A DNA stretch of 44,900 nt from an uncultured Alicyclobacillaceae bacterium (GCA_964645595.1 CAZYAH010000001.1:1-44900), one strand, 5' to 3'; positions 35,733 to 44,680 are shown, numbered from the stretch's first letter. Notes: generated by a model not told the origin, from the sequence alone. Translations and numbers: made by a program.

Positions 35733-36523
35733 TTCTCCTTCACCTTCAGCTCATTAATATCAGCGATGAGTCCTGTAATGCCAGACGTTTGAAGGACGCC
35801 TTGACCAACAAACTCTGCGGCTAACTGAATCGAGGCGTCAAACATCTGTCTATTCCTGATCTTCTCGTTGTGCAGCGCCGCATCCAGTGCTGTACAGCGG
35901 GCCTGGAGATCATGCTTTTCCGTACAAACTTCATGGAATTTATTCAGAACGATGTAGGCACGTTCAGTTTCTCCTGCTAGACTACGCTCCAGCCTCGCAA
36001 TTGTCGCATCACGTTTAGCAAGCTGCTGCTGGAGTTCATCAACCGCGTCAAGGGCCTTCGCCTTCTCCGCACATTCCAAGAAGAACGCGGTATAGTGCGA
36101 CGATGTTTCAAGCCTCGCCAGCGTCGCCTTCAACGTGCGGTTCTCCTCCACATAGTCCAGGTCCGCATCACAGGTGGCCGCATAGTGCCACTGCGCCTGG
36201 AGGTCGGCAATCGTCGCGTTCGCGGCGGCAAGCTGCTTTTCTAAATCACCTACCCAACCTCGACGTTCGTTCATGTCATCACAACAATCTTGATACTTTT
36301 CTTTAAGTGCATCCCGCTCCGCCGTCACGGTGGCAAGCTGCTGCTTATTGGATTCCAGGGCCTTGCACACTTGTTCGTAGGCATGAGCTGTAGGATATGG
36401 TTGTCTGTCATGCGCTATTGCTAGATCCCGCTCCGCTTCCAGCTTCTCAACCGTCGCTCTGAGTTCGACGATAGTTGCGTGTAACTGATTCTCTTTTTCC
36501 TCCCACGCCTCTCGTGGTGTCAT
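35729..36523 (-). CDS. Coiled-coil protein
   Basis: Repeated QQLA...ATIA.L heptads; AHDRQPYPTAHAYE motif. Confidence 0.7.
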   Translation of the reverse strand: MTPREAWEEKENQLHATIVELRATVEKLEAERDLAIAHDRQPYPTAHAYEQVCKALESNKQQLATVTAERDALKEKYQDCCDDMNERRGWVGDLEKQLAAANATIADLQAQWHYAATCDADLDYVEENRTLKATLARLETSSHYTAFFLECAEKAKALDAVDELQQQLAKRDATIARLERSLAGETERAYIVLNKFHEVCTEKHDLQARCTALDAALHNEKIRNRQMFDASIQLAAEFVGQGVLQTSGITGLIADINELKVKEK

Positions 36524-36695
36524 CGTGCCCTCCACGCCAGTTCCCGCCCAGCTTGGCGGTAGAACTCAATGGTATGGGGTTCTGGCTTGAGCATCTTCTT
36601 GATAAAGTTCCTCGCTGTAATCGTGTTGGTGCGGTTCATCAGATTGCGCTGCATCAGCATCGCTTCGTCGCTTGTGGTTTTGCAGAAGCGCAGGG

Positions 36696-36989
36696 TCATG
36701 GCGTTTGCTCCACAACCATTCGATGCTTCCTAATCATTTTGATCATTTTCTTGTCAGATGTTTTACCACGTACCGTTTCTCGATATTGATTGCAGAAATA
36801 GCAAGCTAGCACAATGTTGTCATAGGTAAACCGTCCACCATCTTTGACGCGCAGGACATGGTCGAAGGTCAGAACTTCGATGGCAAAATTATTTCCACAA
36901 TAGAAACAGCGGCTTTTCTGTTGCGCAAATATAATTGCCTTTTTTCGTTTGCGCTTCCGTTTCCAATGTTCAGTTTGTTTGTTGCCCAC
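36696..36989 (-). CDS. HNH endonuclease
   Basis: CFYCG...TFDHV.....GG....NIVLACYFCN. Confidence 0.85.
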   Translation of the reverse strand: MGNKQTEHWKRKRKRKKAIIFAQQKSRCFYCGNNFAIEVLTFDHVLRVKDGGRFTYDNIVLACYFCNQYRETVRGKTSDKKMIKMIRKHRMVVEQTP

Positions 36990-37381
36990 TATAGGTACTC
37001 TTCATCCCAGCCTCCGTTCGATCGCGTCACAAGTTTCCAGTTAAAGAACGGGAATAATCCAGCCGCCATCTTTAGCCGCGTGATTCCATCACGCCGATTG
37101 CGTGACCACCCCTTGACCTCATAGAACGTCAACCCATCACCAGCTAATACAAGGAAGTCTGGTGTAAAACGGAGCTTTCCTGGGAGCCGAAATGATATTG
37201 GCTCATACCACCAATTCGCAATCTCACCGCCCTTGCACTGGAGATGCAGATAGTTCGCCCACGCCGCCTCAAGTTTTGATCGGTACACGCTATGCGTCGT
37301 CTTATGAAATGCTTTCACCATCGGCGTCGTCACGTCACGATCCCGCTGCGCGACCAGCCTGGTCAAGTCGGATTCAGTCAT
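36989..37381 (-). CDS. PD-(D/E)XK endonuclease (DUF1064-like)
   Basis: YRSKLEA, YEP, FTPDF, YEVKG. Confidence 0.8.
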   Translation of the reverse strand: MTESDLTRLVAQRDRDVTTPMVKAFHKTTHSVYRSKLEAAWANYLHLQCKGGEIANWWYEPISFRLPGKLRFTPDFLVLAGDGLTFYEVKGWSRNRRDGITRLKMAAGLFPFFNWKLVTRSNGGWDEEYL

Positions 37382-38009
37382 ACGCACGAACCGTACTCCC
37401 TCTGACAGGTTTCGTAAGTGCAATGTCAAGTGGAACTCCATTTCTGAGTCGGCGATCCAACGTTGACCATTTCATCCCTATTTCTTCCGCCCATGCGGAT
37501 AATGGCTGCGACCGTCTATCGAAACTGAGCACACGATTATTGCGCTTATTTCTACACTGCTGTACTCGCGTGGCCCATCTGCAATTCGATGGCTCATAGT
37601 TTCCATTATTGTCGATGCGGTCTAGCGAGTATTCCGATGATGGGCGTGGCCCCATGTCTGATAGAAACGCTGCGTAGTTATTCCATTTATCGCACACGGC
37701 AATCCCTCTCAATCCGTATCGAGAGTAACTGCCGTATCTTGGATTCCTGCATCGGTGTATCATGGTAATCCATGCGTTATATTCTGGTGAATGGATGCGT
37801 GATGATGGAGAATTGCCATGAATGCGCTTAATAATCATGCAGCCGCACGACTTTGTACGACCAGCTCGTAAACGCTTACCAGAGAACAGTGCTTCTTTAC
37901 CGCAATCACAAGCAACGCGCCAGATAATGTGACCATGACCGTCATAGGCCTCGCGTCTCAGGACTAAGATAATGCCAAAGCGCACACCTGCAAGATCGGT
38001 TATTCTCAT
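37374..38009 (-). CDS. HNH homing-endonuclease-like protein
   Basis: CDCG...SCGC, Y.AW..M..RC, YG.RGI.VC..W, LDRIDNNGNYEPSNCRWAT. Confidence 0.88.
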   Translation of the reverse strand: MRITDLAGVRFGIILVLRREAYDGHGHIIWRVACDCGKEALFSGKRLRAGRTKSCGCMIIKRIHGNSPSSRIHSPEYNAWITMIHRCRNPRYGSYSRYGLRGIAVCDKWNNYAAFLSDMGPRPSSEYSLDRIDNNGNYEPSNCRWATRVQQCRNKRNNRVLSFDRRSQPLSAWAEEIGMKWSTLDRRLRNGVPLDIALTKPVRGSTVRAYD

Positions 38010-38170
38010 CCCTTCCCCCTCGCCTTGGCAAATCCTTCACTAATCCTCGCCCCGCGCGTCTCCTCGATGGGTGGGGCGTCTGGAGGATGGTAATACCACC
38101 CGCACAGGAGGCAGTGGGTATCGCCGTATTCGTCCACCACCAACCCACCACAGCGGTGACAGGGAGTCAT
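38006..38170 (-). CDS. Small zinc-finger protein
   Basis: MTPCHRCGGL...CLLCG. Confidence 0.65.
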   Translation of the reverse strand: MTPCHRCGGLVVDEYGDTHCLLCGWYYHPPDAPPIEETRGARISEGFAKARGKG

Positions 38171-38352
38171 CGTGGCCACCCCTTGAAGGTTTTCCATCCC
38201 TCGTGCTTCCAGAACGCATCACACAGATCCTTGAGGTCGCTCTTTTTCCAGCCAATATAGGTACAGAATTGGAGCCATTCTGCACAGAGGCGCGCTTTTC
38301 TCGTCTCCGACATCTCTGCGGTCATGGCTTGCCTTTCTGCTTGGCATCTCAT
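38167..38352 (-). CDS. Hypothetical protein
   Basis: Coupled at both ends; start uncertain. Confidence 0.5.
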   Translation of the reverse strand: MRCQAERQAMTAEMSETRKARLCAEWLQFCTYIGWKKSDLKDLCDAFWKHEGWKTFKGWPR

Positions 38353-38600
38353 AGCTTTACCTTTCCATCCTTGATAGCATTAAGCACTTTTTTGCCTGCC
38401 GCAATTCGCTTCTGTCGTTCTTTTTGAGTGAGTCCTTGCAAATGCCCCACCATGATTTTGGCGAGTTCCCTCGCGATACTGTCAAGCGTAGCTGGCGTCA
38501 CAACGTTTGTCTCAACTGCCCCGCATGCGCATGCCTCATAGGGTTCACCTGTAACCTGGCTGACCATGAGGATCCATTTGTGCGTATGCGTTGCGCTCAC
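38349..38600 (-). CDS. Hypothetical protein
   Basis: GTGA coupling; H.H.W...CACG pattern. Confidence 0.55.
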   Translation of the reverse strand: MSATHTHKWILMVSQVTGEPYEACACGAVETNVVTPATLDSIARELAKIMVGHLQGLTQKERQKRIAAGKKVLNAIKDGKVKL

Positions 38601-39571
38601 GGCTTCCCTTTCAGCGGCTTGGCCTTACTCAGCCGCTTCAAGGTGTCAAAGTAATCGCCATGGACATCCTGCTTCAGGGTCTCGGGCGTCGCGTTGTACG
38701 CCGCCTGGCATTCCTTTTCATCGTGCGCCGTCACGATCTTGGCACGGTAGGGGGCTGCGGGGTCGTCGTTGAGTGCATCAGCTAATCGTTGCGCTGGTTC
38801 CACAATGATCCCCCGAAAAGGGGCCGGTGCATCGCTGGCTTGCTGGGTCGTAACAGGACTGTCAGCCTGCCCAGCGCCGTCCACCGGCCTTGCCTCCTTC
38901 GCCTCCGAGGCCGCCAGGATGGAGGAGGGCGTGGCTGTCTCCACCTTGGCCTTCAGCTTGTCTTTGAGGGTCAACGGTTGTGCGGCTTCGAGGATGTTGG
39001 TGGCAGGATCGTCCGGCTCGACTCGTGGCAAGTCGAGCGCCTCCTCAACGCTCACGAGTCCAGCCAGAACATCAGGGAACTTGTCACGCAGGCAAAAGCC
39101 ACGGGCGCGAAGCTGAAGCATGCGCTTGGTGTTCGTCTGCCAGGGGCCTTGCTTGCCCAGTAATCCCGCCCGTTTTGCATCGGCCAAACTGAAGGTGACC
39201 CGGTGTGGCTTGGGATCGTCCTTTCGTTTCCCCTCACAAACCCCGCACTCCTCCGTGCATTCATCTTCATGCACGTACTCACAGACCGGCGAAGCCAGCA
39301 CCATCGCGAGCATATCGTCACCCCATTGGGACGCTCGACCATTGATCACGGCAATGGAGCGGAGCGCCCGCATCGGTGTCATGCCTAGCTCAGAGCCCAT
39401 CTGGATGGCCACCATGATATTGCCTGGTTTGCCACGATAATCCTTCGGCACCAAATCGCTATTGGCCATGAGGTCACAGAAGTCCATCGCTTCCTTGAGT
39501 GTGCGCGGCTTCATCTCAAACCCTGTGATCTCAGCTTCGACGGAGGTACGGACGGCGAGTTCATTGTTCAT
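38597..39571 (-). CDS. RecT/Beta-like single-strand annealing protein
   Basis: SDLVPKDYRGKPGN...IAVINGR...W, AKRAGL..K.GPW, RML..RA.....RD.FPDVL.G. Adjacent to YqaJ. Confidence 0.82.
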   Translation of the reverse strand: MNNELAVRTSVEAEITGFEMKPRTLKEAMDFCDLMANSDLVPKDYRGKPGNIMVAIQMGSELGMTPMRALRSIAVINGRASQWGDDMLAMVLASPVCEYVHEDECTEECGVCEGKRKDDPKPHRVTFSLADAKRAGLLGKQGPWQTNTKRMLQLRARGFCLRDKFPDVLAGLVSVEEALDLPRVEPDDPATNILEAAQPLTLKDKLKAKVETATPSSILAASEAKEARPVDGAGQADSPVTTQQASDAPAPFRGIIVEPAQRLADALNDDPAAPYRAKIVTAHDEKECQAAYNATPETLKQDVHGDYFDTLKRLSKAKPLKGKP

Positions 39572-40491
39572 AGCAGCTCCTTGCTGGGTGTGACCCTAAA
39601 GACTCGGTGGCCCGGCACCGCCTTAAGGTATTGGTTAAAGAGATCAGATTGTTCTTCTTTGAATTTGTCCAGATCGAACTTCACCGAGGCTTTCGTGGAC
39701 TTCCAGGAAATCTTGAAGCGCGGATGCTCGGCCAGGGTCGCGTCTTTCATTTGATCCTTTAGCCACCCTTCACCTTCCGCTTTCAAGGCTTCTCCGTGCT
39801 CAATCTCACGCTTCCCATCGTAGAAATTATCAAGCGCAACATCCGTTCGATTATCGAGCGGAAGGATGATGCTCCGGCCTGAATCTGTCGGGTACAACTT
39901 CTTCAAGATCCCCACCGTCTCCGGCGTCCAGGTATGATCGGGCGGCTCGCCCTTCTGCACGCGCAGCATGAAGCGGCCTTCAAGTTCGATGAGATATTCT
40001 TCGAGTTCTTTGTCGCGCTGGACCTCATAGGTCTTGAGCGTCCCGAATCCGAACAACACGGCCACGATCCCCCACTCACGATTCGTGACAGCCAATTGCT
40101 GCACTACTTGGAGCATGATGTCATCTGGGAGCGTGTCGAACGGTTTGCTCGCCCCACGATTCTTGACTTCAAGGACGCCTGGACCTTTCAGCCCGCCCAC
40201 AATTTCAAAGTCAAGATTCGCGACCATGAACGGATGCTGCGGATGGCGACGGGTGGGACAGCGGCGAATTTTATAGCCCAGATCGTCGGCGGCGAGTTCG
40301 GCAATCATCGGTTCCAACTTGCTTCCAATCCGCTGCGCTTGTGTTTCCTCATCGGTATAGCGAGGGAGTTCGCCGTGGAGCTGGTAGTACAGTTCGAGCG
40401 GCGACTTATAGGGCGAGACGCCGGCTACGATGGGCGCGTCACTACTGCCAAGGCTGGCCTCACGTTCGGACTTTTGTTTATAGGTCAGCAT
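39568..40491 (-). CDS. YqaJ / lambda-exonuclease family protein
   Basis: LGSSDA...G.SPYKS, G..LEP, HP..PFM.ANLD, LEVK, Q...QL.V. Start taken at MLTYKQ. Confidence 0.9.
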   Translation of the reverse strand: MLTYKQKSEREASLGSSDAPIVAGVSPYKSPLELYYQLHGELPRYTDEETQAQRIGSKLEPMIAELAADDLGYKIRRCPTRRHPQHPFMVANLDFEIVGGLKGPGVLEVKNRGASKPFDTLPDDIMLQVVQQLAVTNREWGIVAVLFGFGTLKTYEVQRDKELEEYLIELEGRFMLRVQKGEPPDHTWTPETVGILKKLYPTDSGRSIILPLDNRTDVALDNFYDGKREIEHGEALKAEGEGWLKDQMKDATLAEHPRFKISWKSTKASVKFDLDKFKEEQSDLFNQYLKAVPGHRVFRVTPSKELL

Positions 40492-40613
40492 CGTGATCCC
40501 GTCTGGCGTCCAATCGCCGGTCACATTCGTTGTCCAAACACTCATCGCATTCGAGACTGCATCCGTGTACACTGCACCACCCGCGCCCTGGATCAGGCTC
40601 CTCGATTTCACTA

Positions 40614-40805
40614 TCAGCGACGGACATTGGGCCGGTGCTCTCCTTGCGCCCAATGCGCCAAAAATGGTGAGGTATAACAATGATAGGCCAGCCGCTTCTG
40701 CTTGCTCCGCCGCCGCTCGGCCAGCATGTCGCTGACCCACCACCAGGCTACACAGGCGATCACTAAGACGGAAGCACCTAAGGTGAGATACATAAAGAGA
40801 TTCAT
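40614..40805 (-). CDS. Small membrane protein
   Basis: AGGAG RBS; MNLFMYLTLGASVLVIACVAWWW transmembrane segment. Confidence 0.55.
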   Translation of the reverse strand: MNLFMYLTLGASVLVIACVAWWWVSDMLAERRRSKQKRLAYHCYTSPFLAHWAQGEHRPNVRR

Positions 40806-41245
40806 AGCTGGTCTCCTTTCACCAGTAAGTGTTTGCCGCCTTTTGATAAACCCACGTACTGCCAGCCCGCGCACTTGTAGCAATAGCCAGGGTTCACGCT
40901 CTTAACCTTGCCCGCGTCAATATAGGTGTACATACGATCTGGCCCCCACTTCTCGAAGGCCCACCGTTCCGCTTCAAGAATAATGTCCGAGCTCTTGCGA
41001 TCAGACTCATTGCGAAAGATGGCGCAGTTGTAACCAGTCTGTCCGTCCATCCGCATCGTGGGATCAGGATTCATCCAAACAAACAGCACGGTCCCTTCTG
41101 CATTTCTGAGCACTAACTTTCTCCCGCTGTAGCAAAACTGTTTCGCGCCGATGGTGCGCCGTGAATAGTGACGGTCGGCTAGTTGACGACACTCATCATC
41201 GAAGTGCGTCGTGCGAATCAGCCCATCGGTAAACGGCAACAACAT
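40802..41245 (-). CDS. Mom-like / GNAT-fold putative DNA-modification protein
   Basis: LADRHYSR...CAIFRNE...YTYID...NPGYCY..AGW resembles the Mom-family H-Y, Y-x-D and G..Y.A.W motifs. Confidence 0.55.
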   Translation of the reverse strand: MLLPFTDGLIRTTHFDDECRQLADRHYSRRTIGAKQFCYSGRKLVLRNAEGTVLFVWMNPDPTMRMDGQTGYNCAIFRNESDRKSSDIILEAERWAFEKWGPDRMYTYIDAGKVKSVNPGYCYKCAGWQYVGLSKGGKHLLVKGDQL

Positions 41246-41300
41246 TACAGCACCACGAGGACCGAGGCGGTGAAGGCGAGGTATAGAAAATGGTTACTGG

Positions 41301-42001
41301 TCATGGCGTCCTCGCTTTCTTCAGTCCGACTCGTTTCTTGATTGCCGTCCATTCCTTCTTCTCTTCTGCGGTGAAGATCACCGACGTTTCATTCTCTAAA
41401 TGAGCGCACGGGCATAGAATGCATGGGCTAAACACGGTATCTTTGAGCCCGATGGGTCTGCTATGCGCCAAGTCTGTATGTCCACAGATACAATTCATGG
41501 CATCTCCTTCCCTGTGGGCACGGCACTGGAGGCGGTGATGGCAAGGAAGAGAAAGAGGGTGGTCATGGCGTGATCTCAACTTTGTAACAGCCTGTCTGGC
41601 AGGCCTTACAGCAATGTTTAAACGGAATGAGCCAGAGAAAATAATGGATATGTACTGCGTTCATATATGGAAAATCCCAATGTAGAAGCATGCAGCGAAC
41701 CGTCATCCCCCCCTCCACCCATCCCATGCGTCCAGCAACACCCACAGGCATGCCAGAATCGCCAGCAGCACCCACGGCCACCAAAACTCCGCCCGTTTAT
41801 AGATCGGGGTGGCGATCATGGGGACCTCCGATTCATCACCATCCGAATCGCATGCTGTATTTCGTGTTCTTCACACTTATATTTTTTGGATAAACCAAGG
41901 ACCGAGTAGCCGCGCTTAAAGAGTCTCGCAATATGGCGATGGGTCACGCCGCGTTTCACGCCGCCCTCCTTGGCTGCTCCAGGCGGAGGCAGCCGTGGCA
42001 T
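41301..42001 (-). other. Run of very small leftward early ORFs, some Cys/His-rich
   Basis: Chain of ATGA/GTGA-coupled ORFs ending at 41301, 41563 and 41816. Starts uncertain. Confidence 0.5.
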
Positions 42002-42101
42002 CGATCACCGTCGGGGGTCTCGTACACATATTGCCGCCACGCGTGACAGCGTAGGCATTTGAGGAGCCAGCAGCGGAGCTGAAGGTGATAGTAAAATTGC
42101 G

Positions 42102-42374
42102 TCATGGGGACACCTTCGCCGCGTGGTTATTGATCCAGTCCTTCATTTTCTGGACGGAGCCCCAGCAATCGCTTGGCACTTCATTACAAAAGTACGCCAC
42201 GTAAGCCTGGAGATTCTCCACGTTCTCATCGTCAGCGCGTACCACCGCCTCCTGTAAGTCGTTGCAGATCACGGCTCTGAGGAAGTGTCCTGGATAGATT
42301 CCATGCTCAACATAGAGTTGAATCCCCTCCATCATGCGTTCAGGGATATACCAATGCCGAAACGTATAGCTCAT
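42102..42374 (-). CDS. Conserved phage hypothetical protein
   Basis: Y..HG..PG.FL.AV..NDL..AV..AD..N...P..CWGS pattern; GGAGG RBS. Confidence 0.75.
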   Translation of the reverse strand: MSYTFRHWYIPERMMEGIQLYVEHGIYPGHFLRAVICNDLQEAVVRADDENVENLQAYVAYFCNEVPSDCWGSVQKMKDWINNHAAKVSP

Positions 42375-42592
42375 CCCGCTACCTCCATACATCGGATTAT
42401 TCCTAAGTGATCTTTAATGACCAACGCATTGGGCAGTAGTTGCTCGGTCGGCACCGGCGCGGCCACCTTCACTTTGCATCCCCCGATGCAAGGGAATTGT
42501 TTCGCTGGCGTGCCCTCACAATAGGGCACTAGCTTCAGTTCGTGCAGACAGCCGGTCAAGAGGGTCGAGACGAGAATCAGGAGGTAGATCAT
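42371..42592 (-). CDS. Small lipoprotein
   Basis: MIYLLILVSTLLTGC lipobox and further Cys residues. Confidence 0.6.
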   Translation of the reverse strand: MIYLLILVSTLLTGCLHELKLVPYCEGTPAKQFPCIGGCKVKVAAPVPTEQLLPNALVIKDHLGIIRCMEVAG

Positions 42593-42840
42593 GGCGTGCC
42601 TTTCTTGTAGCGGGCAAGCTTGGCTAATAAAATATCGCAAGTGTCGATGGCCCCACGTTTATATTCCGTCCCGGACATCATGATATTGCCAGGCTCTCGC
42701 TTGACCATCCGCACCATCGCCGCATGCTGGTGACGCATGAGGGCAGCTGCGCATTCTGGTGTGACGTGTGGTGAGCCTGGATTAAGTCTAAGGCGTAGAA
42801 TCATTGGCTCTACCATCTTCGTGAACCGATCCGGCTTCAT
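42589..42840 (-). CDS. Hypothetical protein
   Basis: ATGA-coupled at both ends. Confidence 0.55.
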   Translation of the reverse strand: MKPDRFTKMVEPMILRLRLNPGSPHVTPECAAALMRHQHAAMVRMVKREPGNIMMSGTEYKRGAIDTCDILLAKLARYKKGTP

Positions 42841-43313
42841 GGCGTCCCCCATCTCGGTGATCGGAGTTTCCAAGCCTTCCTATATTTTGCTTTACATAAC
42901 GGATGATAAGAATTGGTGATCCACTGGCCATTCCCTCGCTGATGCCGTCGTATCCCGTTGACTTCTGGTAAGTCCCACCGTTTACAGAACACGCACTTGA
43001 GCGCATGAACAGAGCCCCCTTCTTTCAAGGCACGCATCCGACGATGCAGCAGCGCGTGGTAGGTTTGATTCTCACAAATTACGAAATTGCCACGGCTGTT
43101 ATCCGATTCGATTCCATTAGCATGATGAACGACGACACTGACAGGAATGGGACGACCGAGTGCCTGCTCAGCAATGAGAAGGTGTTCGCCAACGTATCCG
43201 TGTTGGTCTGCGCGTGGATGCCCGGGTAGCGACACTCTGACGTAACCGTTCTTTATTGATCGTCCGCCCTTCCAGCTTTGATGTAACGCTCCAGTGTGTA
43301 CGCTGGTTCTCAT
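42837..43313 (-). CDS. HNH endonuclease (HNH_3-like)
   Basis: WKGG...GY...HP.A...GYV.EH...AE..LGR....VVHH.NG...DN...N. Confidence 0.85.
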   Translation of the reverse strand: MRTSVHTGALHQSWKGGRSIKNGYVRVSLPGHPRADQHGYVGEHLLIAEQALGRPIPVSVVVHHANGIESDNSRGNFVICENQTYHALLHRRMRALKEGGSVHALKCVFCKRWDLPEVNGIRRHQRGNGQWITNSYHPLCKAKYRKAWKLRSPRWGTP

Positions 43314-43431
43314 GATTCTTATCCTCCAGTCATTACCAGCACCCCCACCACGGCGGCGCTGGACAGGAGGAAGGCCAGGGCGTAGCGGAATAATTGCTGG
43401 TCGATCTCGCGGAGTTGATGGATTCGTTCAC

Positions 43432-43710
43432 TCATCGTGTGCCTCGTTTCCCGTTGCGTTGCTCCAGCCCCATCGCTGCATGGACCTCACAGGCTCGCTT
43501 GGCCTCGGCGAGCGTGCGATACTGCGCGGTCTTGGGATCGACGTAATACCCCCAGCAGGTGTCGCCAACACGAATCGTATAAGCGTGATAGCCCGCCTCA
43601 TGACTCAGTGTGCGTGGATACCATTGGATTTTGTATTGCCCGCTGTACCACTGGTCATCGGCGTTGCGAGCAGTCCAGGTGCGCGGGGTTGTCTGTCTCG
43701 TGATGGTCAT
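43432..43710 (-). CDS. Hypothetical protein
   Basis: TLAEAKRACE motif; ATGA coupling. Confidence 0.65.
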   Translation of the reverse strand: MTITRQTTPRTWTARNADDQWYSGQYKIQWYPRTLSHEAGYHAYTIRVGDTCWGYYVDPKTAQYRTLAEAKRACEVHAAMGLEQRNGKRGTR

Positions 43711-44078
43711 CGCCGTTTCCCGTTTTGTCTCTTTTCAAGCCCCACTTCGTCAGATTGGCTCTTTCGCTCTATAAACGACGCACACAAATCCTCTACGAGC
43801 TGCGATCGTCTCGCAGCGCGATGCCTAACATGGGTCATTTTGGCGTTCTCGAGCGCGGCCTCGCATTGGTCATATGTGAGTTGGTTGCATTCCGCTGTGA
43901 CCTCTGAGACTGCGCCTTGGTTGCACAACCTATTCATGGCTGTCTTCAGCGCGGCTACCAGCGCGTCGTAGCTCGAGTACCGCCGTTCCGCCTCTGTGAG
44001 GAACTCGAGTAATTCTGGATGACTCGAGGCAATGAGGCCTTTGAGTGTGTAAAAATAAGCGTGCGGTGTAGTGGTCAT
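43707..44078 (-). CDS. Hypothetical protein
   Basis: GGAGG RBS; ATGA overlap with the RHH gene; YDALVAALK motif. Confidence 0.65.
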   Translation of the reverse strand: MTTTPHAYFYTLKGLIASSHPELLEFLTEAERRYSSYDALVAALKTAMNRLCNQGAVSEVTAECNQLTYDQCEAALENAKMTHVRHRAARRSQLVEDLCASFIERKSQSDEVGLEKRQNGKRR

Positions 44079-44236
44079 CGTCGGCCTCCATGCTTCTTCT
44101 CCAGCCCCACTTCTCTTCGTAAGATATTGCGGACCCATTCAGAAAACGTCGTCTGCGATTCAGCGGCTTTCGCATCGCAGCGTGTGCTGAGAATCGGCTC
44201 CAGCCTGAGTCCTCGATGGATTTTGTTGGTCATCAT
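44075..44236 (-). CDS. Ribbon-helix-helix regulator (53 aa, not in the ORF track)
   Basis: Hand translation MMTNKIHRGLRLEPILSTRCDAKAAESQTTFSEWVRNILRREVGLEKKHGGRR. Alternating beta strand plus FSEWVR helix; AAAGGA RBS. Confidence 0.7.
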   Translation of the reverse strand: MMTNKIHRGLRLEPILSTRCDAKAAESQTTFSEWVRNILRREVGLEKKHGGRR

Positions 44237-44256
44237 GTCCCATCCTTTCTACGCGG

Positions 44257-44358
44257 AATATACACGAGTGCAAACACACCTGTCAAACATTATTTTAAAC
44301 TATTTTCAAGTGACCACTTGACAGGCTTCTAACCAGCGTTGTACATTTGCGCAACGCT
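44257..44358. promoter_or_regulatory. Divergent sigma70 promoters with palindromic operators
   Basis: Minus: TTGACA (44286-44281), 18 bp, TATATT. Plus: TTGACA (44318-44323), 18 bp, TACATT. Palindromes CAAGTG-AC-CACTTG (44307-44320) and AGCGTTG-N10-CAACGCT (44335-44358). Confidence 0.7.
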
Positions 44359-44378
44359 TAAACCGAAAGGGGGTGGAA

Positions 44379-44624
44379 ATGCTGATGGCGAAGAACAGAA
44401 AGTTTTTGAACTTTGAGGTGACGGATGAGTTGCTCACCCATCTGGATGAGGCGGCGAAGAAGTCAAGATGGGATCGGTCAAAACAGGCGAGAGCGATGCT
44501 GGAGTATGCGTTGGGGATTGAGCATAAACCGTATCTGCCGCTCCCGCCGCACCAACTCGAACAACTCCCTTTTAAGGGGCCTTCTCACGAAGCCCCAGAG
44601 CGTCGGCGGCGACGGTCTGCGTGA
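44379..44624 (+). CDS. Ribbon-helix-helix (CopG/Arc/Mnt-like) regulator
   Basis: KFLNFEVTDELLTHLDEAAKKSRWDRSKQARAMLEYAL. Start at 44379 or 44385. Confidence 0.78.
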   Translation: MLMAKNRKFLNFEVTDELLTHLDEAAKKSRWDRSKQARAMLEYALGIEHKPYLPLPPHQLEQLPFKGPSHEAPERRRRRSA

Positions 44625-44625
44625 G

Positions 44626-44680
44626 GAGGCGTTAGTGGGCGGTCAGTGCAGCTGGCTGGGGTACACACTCTCCCAGCTTG
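44626..44680 (+). repeat. 55-bp direct repeat, right copy, ending at the phage/host junction (attR)
   Basis: Identical to 1-55. Confidence 0.97.

Larger units (their letters stand above)
1..44680. mobile_element. Temperate podovirus-like phage genome / prophage, essentially complete
   Basis: Integrase, replication, terminase, portal, capsid, tail adaptor/nozzle, ejection, lysis and recombination genes lie between two copies of a 55-bp direct repeat. Host-like coding DNA follows 44680. Confidence 0.95.

Noticed and set aside
40492-40743. 84-aa N-terminal extension of YqaJ given by the ORF track
   Set aside because: Family similarity starts at MLTYKQ (40491), and the extension overlaps another plausible membrane-protein gene.
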